From: Bacteroidota bacterium
GTDB taxonomy: Bacteria; Bacteroidota; Ignavibacteria; UBA10030; SZUA-254
Reading direction: 5' to 3'
Length of the DNA stretch: 64,000 bases
NCBI GenBank assembly: GCA_020056225.1
Contig: JAGVIE010000020.1
Coordinates: 6,331-70,330, forward strand
Part shown: piece after piece, positions 40,133 through 50,222 of the stretch
How the letters are laid out: each line of letters begins with the position of its first letter
Numbering within the stretch: position 1 is the stretch's first letter
Translations under genes and position numbers: made by a program
Notes under the pieces: generated by a model
What the model was told of the DNA's origin: nothing
Database searches by the model: none
What the model saw: only the letters and a program-made list of their open reading frames with translations

Positions 40133-40860
40133 TATGTTGATTCCTTTTGATGTTGAGTTCGTACCAGCGTATAAAATTCTTTCACATATAACGGCTCCAT
40201 GGAGGCTATATCTTCACCTCCATGTTCGGAAATAATATTTTCACCGAGCATCGCAATAGCCGCCGCACTGCACCGATTAACGGCATCCGGTAAAATAATA
40301 TAAGAAGAGTTATCGTAATTGTCAGCTTTTTTTAAATACTGTAGGAATTTTTCCGCGCCATCGCCAAGTATAAGAATCTTACCGTTTTCCGGAAGATGTG
40401 CCGTCAAATGTTTAACCGCCATTGCCGTTGATGGAACAAGCTCCTCGATGATGCTTCCCTTCGGGCTATATAATGCGATATAAACCTCATCACGCCGTGC
40501 GTCGAGCAGGGAAAGAATATAATTCGGCCGCTCGGCAAAATTCATACTCATACCATACCGGGCAAGACCTTTCAGGGTTGGAACTGCGACAAGCGATTTA
40601 CCCGTTGCATACGATAGACCCTTCGCCACACTTAATCCTATCCGCAAACCTGTAAAAGATCCAGGACCGATTGAAACTGCTATACCGTCGAGCGAGTCAA
40701 GATTACACTTCGCGGTTTGGAAACAATTATCGATTATGGAAACTAATTTTTCAGAATGGACGTGAGGCGAATCCGCACTGTGTTCACAAAGCACTTTGCC
40801 GTCGGCAACAATCGCCGCAGCGCATAGATTGGTCGCTGTTTCAATTCCAAGAATTCTCAC
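40132..40860 (-). CDS. tsaB: tRNA threonylcarbamoyladenosine biosynthesis protein TsaB (YeaZ)
   Basis: 242 aa reading [18 protein letters not shown]...[18 protein letters not shown].... Confidence 0.85.
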   Translation of the reverse strand: MRILGIETATNLCAAAIVADGKVLCEHSADSPHVHSEKLVSIIDNCFQTAKCNLDSLDGIAVSIGPGSFTGLRIGLSVAKGLSYATGKSLVAVPTLKGLARYGMSMNFAERPNYILSLLDARRDEVYIALYSPKGSIIEELVPSTAMAVKHLTAHLPENGKILILGDGAEKFLQYLKKADNYDNSSYIILPDAVNRCSAAAIAMLGENIISEHGGEDIASMEPLYVKEFYTLVRTQHQKEST

Positions 40861-41297
40861 GATTCAACCTCAGCAATTTCATGCACAGAGATTTCGCGCG
40901 TATTTTCGTCCTCCCCGAGCTTAAGAAATACATCAATCCGATTAGATGGAAGAAGCGCCTTAACTCTATCTGCCCATTCTATCAAACATACGCCGTCACC
41001 ATAGAGATACTCATCAAAACCAATTTCATCAAGCTCGGAAATTGTTTTTATCCTGTAGAAATCGAAATGGAAAACATTCATCTCCTTGCCGGTATATTCA
41101 TTAAGGAGAGTGAACGTCGGGCTTGCAACATGTTCCTGAACGCCCAATCCTTTACATACACCTTTGATGAAACGCGTTTTACCGGTTCCCAGATCGCCAA
41201 AGAGCGTGACTACACTTTTGATGGTCAATCTCTTAGCGAATTCAACGCCTAAAGTTATCGTCTCGTCTTCAGAATGTGTTTTGTAGAATTGCATCAT
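40857..41297 (-). CDS. tsaE: tRNA threonylcarbamoyladenosine biosynthesis ATPase TsaE (YjeE)
   Basis: 146 aa. The P-loop is LFGDLGTGKTRFIKG and it has ...SPTFTLLNEY.... Confidence 0.85.
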   Translation of the reverse strand: MMQFYKTHSEDETITLGVEFAKRLTIKSVVTLFGDLGTGKTRFIKGVCKGLGVQEHVASPTFTLLNEYTGKEMNVFHFDFYRIKTISELDEIGFDEYLYGDGVCLIEWADRVKALLPSNRIDVFLKLGEDENTREISVHEIAEVES

Positions 41298-42871
41298 CCT
41301 TTAGGCTTAAGTTTCACAATCGGCAAAATCATTTCTTCCATTGAAATCCCGCCATGCTGGAAACTATCACGGTACTGATTGAGATATTTATGATAATCAG
41401 TCGGATAAACAAAATAATAATCTTCTTTTGCAATCAGATAATTAATTGTAACGCTTCGTTTGGGGAGGCGATATTCTAATGGATTTTTGATGAAGATAGC
41501 ATGACGTTCATCGGCTTTCAGGTTGCGACCGTATTTATATCTTAGGTTAGTCGAAGCCTCGCGATCACCGATCACTTTCGTGCCGCGCAAACTTCGAATG
41601 CTTCCATGATCGGTAGTGAGAACGATTGATACATTCTTATTCCGGGAAAGCGTTCGCAGCATCGAAAGAAGTGTAGAGTGCATAAACCACGAAGATGTCA
41701 GCGAACGATATGCTGATTCATCCGGCGCAATTTCTTTCAAAATTTGTGAATCCGATCTGCCGTGAGCTAACATATCAACAAAATTGACGACGATGGCAGT
41801 AAGCCTGTTCTTCGTATACGAAGTTATATTCTGTTCGATACTGCGCCCGAATTCCGCATCTAATATTTTGACATACTTTGATTCCGGCTTGAGCTGAATT
41901 TTCCTACGTTCCAGCAAGTTATCTAAAAATTGATGCTCGTATCTGTTACGGCTGTTGTCGTCGTCTTCCCATTGTTCCCATATCTCGGGAAATCTTACTT
42001 CAAGTTCCGAGGGCCAGGCTCCGCTGAAAATAGCATTGCGGGAATAGGGGGTTGCGGTCGGGAGAATGGAATAATAATATTCACGTGAAATATCGAAGTA
42101 CTCACGCAGGACAGGTTCCATTATCATCCACTGGTCGAGGCGGAGGCAATCTATTACGAAAAAGAATACTGACTTATTTGTATCGCGAAGTTCCGGGATA
42201 AGATACCGCTCGACAATATCGGTAGAAAGCGTCGGTCTGTTTTTTTGTTCTACCCAATTCAAATAATTTCTTTCGATAAATTTCGAGAATTCCACATTGC
42301 ATTCCCTGAATTGATCGTTCAAGGTTTGCCTTAAGCCCAAACCCTGATGCTGATCCATCTCGATCGACCAATCGACAAGCTTCGAATAAATTGCGGTCCA
42401 ATCGATGAATGTAGGATTAGATTGCAGTGCGAGCGTGATCTCATTAAACTCTTTGATGTAATCGCGGGAAGCCTGCGCGCTTGCAATTTTTTTGCCTTCC
42501 AAAAATTTTTTGCATGCAAGCAATACCTGGCTCGGGTTCACAGGCTTCGTCAGATAATCGCTGATCTTAACCCCAATCGCTTCTTCCATTAATCCCTCGT
42601 CTTCGTTTTTTGTTATCATGACGATAGGCAGTTCAGGATGAATATCTTTTATTTTTGAAAGCGTTGCCAAGCCGCCCATACCTGGCATCATCTCATCTAA
42701 AAAAACAAGATCGAATGATTTTGCTTTCACCAAATCGAGAGCGTCTTCGCCGTTCGTTGCAGTTTCAACGGAATATCCTTTTTCAGAGAGCAATAAAATA
42801 TGCGAGCGAAGCAATTCAATTTCATCATCTACCCAAAGAATCCTATTTTTTGTTCCAATCATATTGTTCAC
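41294..42871 (-). CDS. porX: PorX-like response regulator (N-terminal REC domain fused to PglZ/alkaline-phosphatase-superfamily domain)
   Basis: 525 aa. The REC domain reads ILWVDDEIELLRSHILLLSEKGYSVETATNGEDALDLV...DLVFLDEMMPGMGGL, with a conserved Asp and Lys. The C-terminal ~380 aa is PglZ-like. It is adjacent to the SprA-like gene. Confidence 0.7.
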   Translation of the reverse strand: MNNMIGTKNRILWVDDEIELLRSHILLLSEKGYSVETATNGEDALDLVKAKSFDLVFLDEMMPGMGGLATLSKIKDIHPELPIVMITKNEDEGLMEEAIGVKISDYLTKPVNPSQVLLACKKFLEGKKIASAQASRDYIKEFNEITLALQSNPTFIDWTAIYSKLVDWSIEMDQHQGLGLRQTLNDQFRECNVEFSKFIERNYLNWVEQKNRPTLSTDIVERYLIPELRDTNKSVFFFVIDCLRLDQWMIMEPVLREYFDISREYYYSILPTATPYSRNAIFSGAWPSELEVRFPEIWEQWEDDDNSRNRYEHQFLDNLLERRKIQLKPESKYVKILDAEFGRSIEQNITSYTKNRLTAIVVNFVDMLAHGRSDSQILKEIAPDESAYRSLTSSWFMHSTLLSMLRTLSRNKNVSIVLTTDHGSIRSLRGTKVIGDREASTNLRYKYGRNLKADERHAIFIKNPLEYRLPKRSVTINYLIAKEDYYFVYPTDYHKYLNQYRDSFQHGGISMEEMILPIVKLKPKG

Positions 42872-42953
42872 AACTCACCTTATATATAAAAATAAACATT
42901 TCATTTTATAGAATCAAAGAAAGCGAAAATGCCGGGAAAAAACGGCACGATTA

Positions 42954-45900
42954 TCAAATTGAGATATGAATATCCACGCCGGCTTCGTTAGTTGTAACTC
43001 CATAAATTGTCGATCCGGCGGCATCGGGAGCTGTTTTTGTATAACGATAATAGAGCGCGGCAGTCACGCGGGTGCTTAAGACATAACGAATGCGCGGTTC
43101 CAACACTGTACGTATATTCCCTTCGAGAGGAATGCCTTCCTGATCGGACGACAGAAGTGTAGGATCGTACCGCCGGCGTGAACTCTTAGTGCGTGAATAA
43201 GTAAAACTGACTTCTATGTCGTTGGAAAGATTCAATCCAAAGAGCGGGAATGAAAAACCACGCCGCGCGTAATTCAACGTGAACGAGATTTCCTGAGCGA
43301 GCGCCGAGACTATATTCGGCTGTTGCGCAGTTAGATTTAGATCGTAATTAGTCGTTGTGTTATAACGAAAATTTCCCGAGAGATTTCCTTTTAACACCTG
43401 TTTAAAAGTCATATTCACTCCGGCAAGAGGAGAAAAACCATAGCTCATTTTTTCAGCATTCGTTCGCTGTCCTTTTCCCAGGTTGCTTTGAAAATCGCGC
43501 CGGAAATTTGATGAGTAATTATGTTCCAATGATAACCGCTCCATCACTGAACCCAGACCGACAAGTTTTTCTATACCATCCCAGCGAATAGTCCAGTTCG
43601 GTCTTGGCACATAGGGACCCAAAACCTTGCTTAGAAAAGGCAGAGCTTCAAAACCCTGCTCGAATGCTTTCGTTAGAGCGACATCGGGAGCATCTGTTTT
43701 TTGGAATTGCTCATATTTTTTCCCGACTGTTTCAAGATTACTCTTGAATACCTTCATAAAAAGAACCGGTGGAAGCGTTAAAAACGATCTGTCTATGCTT
43801 CCGGATGTAATCGGTTCGCCGCGTACGAAGTGACCTGCTGAATCTCTGATTGTTGTTGTCCGGCTATAGTTCCATCCAACTTTCCAGTTTATATCGATTG
43901 TAGCTCCGGTCCAAAGCGGGCGGTTCGTTCGCAGTGTAATATTATTTGACTGAGAAAATTGATCTGTAGGTTGCGCACCTGCCGGACGAGGACCATAAAT
44001 AGTTTTCCATCCGAGAAATGGAAACTTCGACTTGGGCGCAAATTGCAGTGTACCGTGAGGATCCGTTATGATGCCTAATTGATACAGTCGGGATGGACCG
44101 TACTCGTCGAGAGAACCTTGAAAAGGCAATCGACCCCAGAAATTCTTGAAACCTGTACTCCCAATAACAGAGGGATTTGAAGACCGGTTCGATTGGGAAT
44201 ATGAAATATTGATTGTCTCATAATCGAGTAATGGAATTTTGATCAATATCTTAGCTATCGACCGCAATTGTTGAAGCATTTTTTTCGTGTTGCTCTCAGA
44301 AGGCTGTGCGGTTTGGGAAGAATCTTTTCTGGATGTTGAGTCATTCAATAAAGCTGTCCTAGCCGGGTCGGGTTTATTCATTGCCATCGGAGCCGGTTGT
44401 AACTGAGCAGTTTCCTCTTTTGTATCGAACCACGGATCGGTTAACGATTTCAAACGGAACCCGAGAGACATAGAGATATTATTATCGAAAGCCGCGCTCT
44501 TGCCTATGTCCCCCTTCGTAAAAGTATTCTGCCAACTGTAATTAACGGAATACCCTGTAGAGAAATCAAAATATTTCGGAAGGTCAAGTATGTTTGGAAT
44601 TTTTGGTTTAAGATTAAGGCTAACTTTTTGCCCATAGCGGCTGTCCTGACCACCGAAGAATAAACTTTTCATTATAGATAGAAAATCTCTGCCGACAGAA
44701 TCATTATCGAGCGGAGTAAGATTGCGATCGAGAGAGAGCCCATAATCGCCGCCTAAATTTAACAAACCGCCTTCCGTGAATTTCCATCCGAATCCGAAAG
44801 ACTTGGTGGCACCAAAATTTCTCGAGTCTCTGGTCAAGCTGTTTTTTGCGCGCGGTATCTCATACGACCGGGATCTTGACCCACCAACCCCCGCAGATAA
44901 GCTTGTTATCGGAATATAATAAATCTTCCAGTCCTTATAATCCTCAAGAAAAAATATTCCCTTAAAGAGTGTAGAGAATGGTTGTATAAAATAATCGTTG
45001 GGTAGCGTGACGCCGTAATTCACCCTTAAATTCCATCCCCAGGTCTTTCGTAGTTCGAACGAAGGGTCACGGTCCCGTGTAGTATTATAATTAAATATGA
45101 ATGAGAGCTTGCTGAATGTATCCCGAATGTACCATGCCTGAGACGGCAGTACAATACGAAAGTTTGAAATCGAATACGAATCTTTGATGTTCAACGTCTG
45201 CGATTGTGTTATCATACTCTTCGAGACATCGGGTGAGGCACGCCGTGCCGCTTCTTCTACAACGATATCGGTATTCGGAAGATATTTGGGCTTAACAATA
45301 TTCTCTGAATGAGAATATGCAAAAGGAATCGATGTTCCCTGCCAATCCTGAGGCAGAAACCGATCTATAGAAATACTCGCATTCACTGCCCAGCTTGCCG
45401 CGGCAGTTTGATTTCCAAACCGCTGGTCTAATGAATGGAATGTAGGATCTGTCCGTGAATAATTGAACGCTACCTGCCCGATGTCGGCTAATTTTATCTG
45501 TGTATCAAATCTATATGCAGCCCCGGGCGAATTGTCTACATCAACCAGACGTAATTCATTCACCCACACATCTCCGCTGAGATACGGTACATTCACACAT
45601 CTAATTCCAATTGATATTTCGCGAACCTGTCTTAATGACGGGCTGCCCCGCACTCCGTAGGTTGCGCCCGCAATTCCATTAAGAGCATCAGCGACATAAT
45701 ATTTATTCGCCATTGAATCGGGACGCGCAGACTTGACTGCCGTTATACGAGAAAAGATTACGTTGATTTCATTTTTAGATAATTCCCAGCCGGGATATAT
45801 CGGTTGCCGGTATTCGTAGAAGTTTAAAGCATCGGTACCGAAGCGTAAATATATTTCCGCGTCACCCGGTGTGAATGATTGATCTCCGTGCACAAACATC

Positions 45901-48900
45901 TTCATCGATTTATAATTGAAGATATCGAGCGGTCGAGTAATAAAACGTTTTACAACCTCACGTGAGGTATCCTTCGGCAGACCGTTGAGAATAAGCGCCA
46001 ATGATTGCTCATTCGCTTCGATAATTTGATTCGGATCGGAACGGTCTTTTTCACGCGCGATTCCCAACGCATCCCAATCCTCAGAGTATTGTGGATTATC
46101 TTCAATATTAACTACCGAGACTTTCATAACTGAATCGCTTTTTATCCGTTCCTCCCATTGATTGCCAACGAGATTAAGCTCGGCAACGCGAATACTTACC
46201 GGTTGAGAAAATCCTGAAAGCCATAATCTTATATACTGGACATCCTCCAACACAGTCGATGCATCGATACCACCGAATACTCTGGTCGCCTCGAGCAGGG
46301 GAATCCGATATTGATACCATCCATTCTCACCACCGCCTACGATATAAGTTGAATCGATCAGCGGTATTTCATATTCGAGATACAGCTCACTGCGGTCTAT
46401 ATTGCCGTTGCCGTTTAAATCCTCCGTATTCGGGAAAAGACCGGCTGGGTCTTGTCTGTTCTGATCGGTCCCATTGAACTTTGTAAGATGTATTCCGTCG
46501 CCGTATGCTGTCCAGTTATCTCCACCGGGATCATTTGGATCTACGTCCGGGTCACTGCTGTTAGATGCGAGAAAGGCGGCATGGATAATCTTTTCCTGAT
46601 TATCATCGAACATATCTACGCCTGCATCTTCACCTTCATTCAGGACGCCATTCGGTATCCCACCCGGATTGATTTCAGTGTGAATGATATCCTCTGAATT
46701 CAAATTTCCGTCGGGTATTACGTCTTCGCTTATCCTGCCGAGGTCGATGTGCATTCTCCCTTTATTTAAATCATTGAGGTCATCGCTCGACGCTTTCATC
46801 CATATTTCAATGTACGCGATATTCTGACTGAGGACATTTCCTGCCATCGACCCGATGTAGCGCATGATACCACCCCAGTTTTCTCTGCGAGCGTCCGGGT
46901 TATTATATTTACCGGTTCCGCCGCCTATCTCCTGCCGATTTAATGTTGAATCGAGATCGGGGGAAAAATTATAGGTGCCGCGATGATTCGGATCGAAATC
47001 AAGATTCAATACGGTAACCTGATTTTGTCCCGCACGCGTTCTTCGGTTGGGCCATATATCAGAGGTTGTAACATCGGTTGGTAAGCGATTGTACCATGAC
47101 AATCTGGATCTTTTATAACTTATCACCGAATCAGGAACCAGTTGGTTCGCTATCGAATCCATTGGCGTACTTGACATCGACCATGCTGCATATGTGATTG
47201 GAAATGGAATCGTGCGGCGGATTCCCTCAAAATCGTCGACATAGGCGATGCTCGCTCCATGATCGCTCAACACTGCGCTTTTCTTCGTGTTAGGGTCGGG
47301 AATCATGTAAGCGCCTTCCCCGTTGATTCGCCATGTAGACATTTCTTTTGTTCTAATCAGGGGCAGTGCGTCAATTGCATCGGTGAGAAACGGAAGATTT
47401 GCGCTCGTTGAAAAATCCATCCCGAGCATCATGTTGTTCGTAGGTTCCTCTCCTATCCTGACTTTATCACTCAGTGTTTGCTGGTTTAAATTCATGATTG
47501 TAAACCCGAGTTTAGTATTCGGGAAAGCGTCTAACTCTCCGCGAGCGCCGATCAATGTTTTCGAGGCAAGCTGAAACAGATCGTTCTGCTCGTATTTGAT
47601 CTGAAGATTCGCTCCCGGAACAAGTGCTTCGGGCCTGCGGATAACAACCTGACCGATAATATAGTCAATAGTATAATCGACATTAGGTGTCAACGGACTG
47701 CCGTTCAATAACACATGCACGCTTCCTTCTACAAGATTCATTGAACCCAAAGTAAAAGTGCTCGTTGTGCCTCCTGCGGCTACGACTTTGATAATATATT
47801 TATTACGATCTGAGTTCTGGGCGGCTGACATAGTTGTATCATAAATATCTCCAAACAACAAAGAATCGCCCGCAGTTTTATTGTTACTCCTGAAATACTG
47901 TGTGATCGTCGAGTCAAAGGGCCTTAGTGTGGGGAAAATAACCTCGCCACGCTCAACATCAATAGTCAACCCGGGAATGAAATCGAAAAAATTATCCGGT
48001 GTAGGTGAATTAAACTGGTTAAACCGATCAAGCCCGAGGACCGATAATAAATTTAGTCCTTCGATATTATCCTCGTCTGCTCCCACTGTTGCACGTCTCC
48101 ATATATTAAGTATAAAACCATCTTTCTTGAGATTCTGTATCCCGAGGGAATAAAAATTCTTCAATAATAAATTCCAGGCATGCGTGTAACCCGGTCTTAG
48201 AGATAGCGGCTTGATTAATTTTAAATATGTCAGTGTATCATTTCCCGCAATGGTGCCACCAAATACTTTATTTACATTGTTCTCTCCTGCAATAGTATAA
48301 GAGACAGCAATTACCTGATTATCGGAAGGAGCCGAATTAAGTGTTATATAACCGCCATATGTATCGAATTTATAATCTTTATTCGGGATAAGGCGGACAA
48401 AAATCCCTGCCTCGTATCTGCCAGATTGCTTGCTGAGCGTCTCAATCTGTTCGGAAGAGTAGTTCTCATTAACATTGATAGAAGGCAGATCGATATATGC
48501 TCTGCCTGTTTTATAATTACCCTGAGTATATGTTTGACTGCTTGTAGATACATTCGTCGCATAAACATCTAACTGTAATATCTGATTCGCCTCAATATCA
48601 GGAGTTAGAATCCGCACCTGTGATTCTTGCAGTTTAGCAAAATACTTCGCGTAAACCGTATCAAGGAAGAAATGGTTCTTGGTGTAATCATGTGCTTGAA
48701 TTGTTCTTTCGATGGTCGTTGAGCCGCCCGATATTGTCAGTTCTTTTGTCTGTCCCTTCTTCTGCGATAACAAAGTTGTCAGCGTCAGCGGACCGGCTTG
48801 CAGTTTCGCTTTAATGCCGAATAATGCCTGCCCGCCTCCAACCAGCGAAGGTGTTTGAAGTGAAACGTTTCCGGCTTCGATACTCTGAATTATTTCGTCA

Positions 48901-49868
48901 TCGAATCCGGTATATTTGATCTTCAATTGATTTTCATATTCGAATGTACGCTGTGTGTTCCAATCGGCGAGGATATTCAATTTTTTGCCTATCGTACCGC
49001 TCACATTTACCTGAACATTTTGGTTAAAGTCAGGCTCGTTCCGCGAACGATCGAGTTGTGAGATCGTCGATTGATCTGATTTGGTATTGCGGAATGCGCC
49101 TCGGATATCCACTCCGCCCGATATGCGGAGGTTATTTTCTGTTCCTCCAAAAATGTTAGAGATCGGATTCGAAGGAACGGTGATCGATATATTAGTTATT
49201 GATCCGAGAAGGTTGGACAGATCGTCTTTGGTTTGTGCTTTTGTATACTGGGTTGCAATCGACCGCCAGCTTCGTTGTTTTTCGTATTCATAACGAAGAT
49301 GAATGTAATCCTCCAATTTCATCGTGGTCGGAATTTTCACATCCACGCCGTTAACCATCTCGCGCACCGTGATTGTTTCGCCTAATGTATCGAGCTGGAT
49401 ATCCCGTTTGTAAACCTGCAGGCTCGGATCGAGATAGAGTGAATAATTATCGCGTGGAAACATCTCAACCATAGGTTCGTCATACCTTTGATGAACGAAT
49501 TGCTCAACGCGCGCCGTTGAATCTTTAAAGTCCTGCCACTTTTCACCTTCTTCTTCTTTATACAGAGTGTCGGTTGAAGCGGCAATCGAATCGATCAAAG
49601 CACCTATGGAATCGCTGACGGAAGGTGCCCTACCCATACGATGCTGAATTAGAGTATCGATATTTTCTTCTTCGTCGGGAAGAGGAGTTAGCAATTGCCG
49701 GGTTGAGTCAAAAGCTGTTGTATCGGGGCGATTGATGTAGAGTGAATCAACTTGCGCAAATAAAGAGGTGTAACAAATTAAAGCCAGTGTGGTAATATAA
49801 AAGAACCGAAGAATTCTTTGGTTAGCGAAGGATGTATTAATATAATGATGCGTACTAAAACGAGTCAC
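42954..49868 (-). CDS. sprA: SprA/Sov-like T9SS outer-membrane translocon candidate
   Basis: 2304 aa with a signal-like N-terminus. Its size matches SprA/Sov (about 2400-2500 aa) and its composition is β-strand-rich and aromatic/Gly/Asn-rich. Its neighbours are porX on one side and lptFG, porV and porU on the other. Confidence 0.6.
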   Translation of the reverse strand: MTRFSTHHYINTSFANQRILRFFYITTLALICYTSLFAQVDSLYINRPDTTAFDSTRQLLTPLPDEEENIDTLIQHRMGRAPSVSDSIGALIDSIAASTDTLYKEEEGEKWQDFKDSTARVEQFVHQRYDEPMVEMFPRDNYSLYLDPSLQVYKRDIQLDTLGETITVREMVNGVDVKIPTTMKLEDYIHLRYEYEKQRSWRSIATQYTKAQTKDDLSNLLGSITNISITVPSNPISNIFGGTENNLRISGGVDIRGAFRNTKSDQSTISQLDRSRNEPDFNQNVQVNVSGTIGKKLNILADWNTQRTFEYENQLKIKYTGFDDEIIQSIEAGNVSLQTPSLVGGGQALFGIKAKLQAGPLTLTTLLSQKKGQTKELTISGGSTTIERTIQAHDYTKNHFFLDTVYAKYFAKLQESQVRILTPDIEANQILQLDVYATNVSTSSQTYTQGNYKTGRAYIDLPSINVNENYSSEQIETLSKQSGRYEAGIFVRLIPNKDYKFDTYGGYITLNSAPSDNQVIAVSYTIAGENNVNKVFGGTIAGNDTLTYLKLIKPLSLRPGYTHAWNLLLKNFYSLGIQNLKKDGFILNIWRRATVGADEDNIEGLNLLSVLGLDRFNQFNSPTPDNFFDFIPGLTIDVERGEVIFPTLRPFDSTITQYFRSNNKTAGDSLLFGDIYDTTMSAAQNSDRNKYIIKVVAAGGTTSTFTLGSMNLVEGSVHVLLNGSPLTPNVDYTIDYIIGQVVIRRPEALVPGANLQIKYEQNDLFQLASKTLIGARGELDAFPNTKLGFTIMNLNQQTLSDKVRIGEEPTNNMMLGMDFSTSANLPFLTDAIDALPLIRTKEMSTWRINGEGAYMIPDPNTKKSAVLSDHGASIAYVDDFEGIRRTIPFPITYAAWSMSSTPMDSIANQLVPDSVISYKRSRLSWYNRLPTDVTTSDIWPNRRTRAGQNQVTVLNLDFDPNHRGTYNFSPDLDSTLNRQEIGGGTGKYNNPDARRENWGGIMRYIGSMAGNVLSQNIAYIEIWMKASSDDLNDLNKGRMHIDLGRISEDVIPDGNLNSEDIIHTEINPGGIPNGVLNEGEDAGVDMFDDNQEKIIHAAFLASNSSDPDVDPNDPGGDNWTAYGDGIHLTKFNGTDQNRQDPAGLFPNTEDLNGNGNIDRSELYLEYEIPLIDSTYIVGGGENGWYQYRIPLLEATRVFGGIDASTVLEDVQYIRLWLSGFSQPVSIRVAELNLVGNQWEERIKSDSVMKVSVVNIEDNPQYSEDWDALGIAREKDRSDPNQIIEANEQSLALILNGLPKDTSREVVKRFITRPLDIFNYKSMKMFVHGDQSFTPGDAEIYLRFGTDALNFYEYRQPIYPGWELSKNEINVIFSRITAVKSARPDSMANKYYVADALNGIAGATYGVRGSPSLRQVREISIGIRCVNVPYLSGDVWVNELRLVDVDNSPGAAYRFDTQIKLADIGQVAFNYSRTDPTFHSLDQRFGNQTAAASWAVNASISIDRFLPQDWQGTSIPFAYSHSENIVKPKYLPNTDIVVEEAARRASPDVSKSMITQSQTLNIKDSYSISNFRIVLPSQAWYIRDTFSKLSFIFNYNTTRDRDPSFELRKTWGWNLRVNYGVTLPNDYFIQPFSTLFKGIFFLEDYKDWKIYYIPITSLSAGVGGSRSRSYEIPRAKNSLTRDSRNFGATKSFGFGWKFTEGGLLNLGGDYGLSLDRNLTPLDNDSVGRDFLSIMKSLFFGGQDSRYGQKVSLNLKPKIPNILDLPKYFDFSTGYSVNYSWQNTFTKGDIGKSAAFDNNISMSLGFRLKSLTDPWFDTKEETAQLQPAPMAMNKPDPARTALLNDSTSRKDSSQTAQPSESNTKKMLQQLRSIAKILIKIPLLDYETINISYSQSNRSSNPSVIGSTGFKNFWGRLPFQGSLDEYGPSRLYQLGIITDPHGTLQFAPKSKFPFLGWKTIYGPRPAGAQPTDQFSQSNNITLRTNRPLWTGATIDINWKVGWNYSRTTTIRDSAGHFVRGEPITSGSIDRSFLTLPPVLFMKVFKSNLETVGKKYEQFQKTDAPDVALTKAFEQGFEALPFLSKVLGPYVPRPNWTIRWDGIEKLVGLGSVMERLSLEHNYSSNFRRDFQSNLGKGQRTNAEKMSYGFSPLAGVNMTFKQVLKGNLSGNFRYNTTTNYDLNLTAQQPNIVSALAQEISFTLNYARRGFSFPLFGLNLSNDIEVSFTYSRTKSSRRRYDPTLLSSDQEGIPLEGNIRTVLEPRIRYVLSTRVTAALYYRYTKTAPDAAGSTIYGVTTNEAGVDIHISI

Positions 49869-50222
49869 TTTGCGTATATCGATTTTGTATGATTAATAAG
49901 TGCAGTGCCGTCGAATTATAAAATTCGATGGAATCTCGAACATTATGTGCGTTACTGCTGAACTGATACCAAAAAACCGATACCGATGACTCCTTTCAGT
50001 TAAAAAGCAAGATCAATGCTGTTTTTTTAAGTAGTACTTGCTTAAAAAATGTAGGAAAAAGCTAAGTGAATTGCAAGGGAATTTTGATTTTGCTCAAATT
50101 CAGGAAATTGTTAATATTCCCGCACAAACGAATGTCTCTACGATTACCTAATCATCTCCAGATAACATGTTGAGATTGTTTGTAAAATCGATGGATAGCG
50201 ACTATATTAAGACAAGAATATC

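Noticed and set aside
41294-42871. PglZ domain as part of a BREX phage-defence system
   Set aside because: No brxA/B/C/L or pglX methyltransferase genes are nearby. The N-terminal REC fusion and the adjacent SprA-like gene fit the PorX T9SS regulator instead.
42872-42953. Terminator after the sprA-like gene (tgccg-ttttttcc-cggca followed by a T-rich run)
   Set aside because: The stem is only 5 bp. It is too weak to call with confidence.
43627-49585. Multiple small ORFs inside the sprA-like gene on both strands (e.g. 43627-43833, 46259-46697, 48344-48568)
   Set aside because: They are embedded in, or antisense to, a continuous 2304-codon ORF. They are shadow ORFs.
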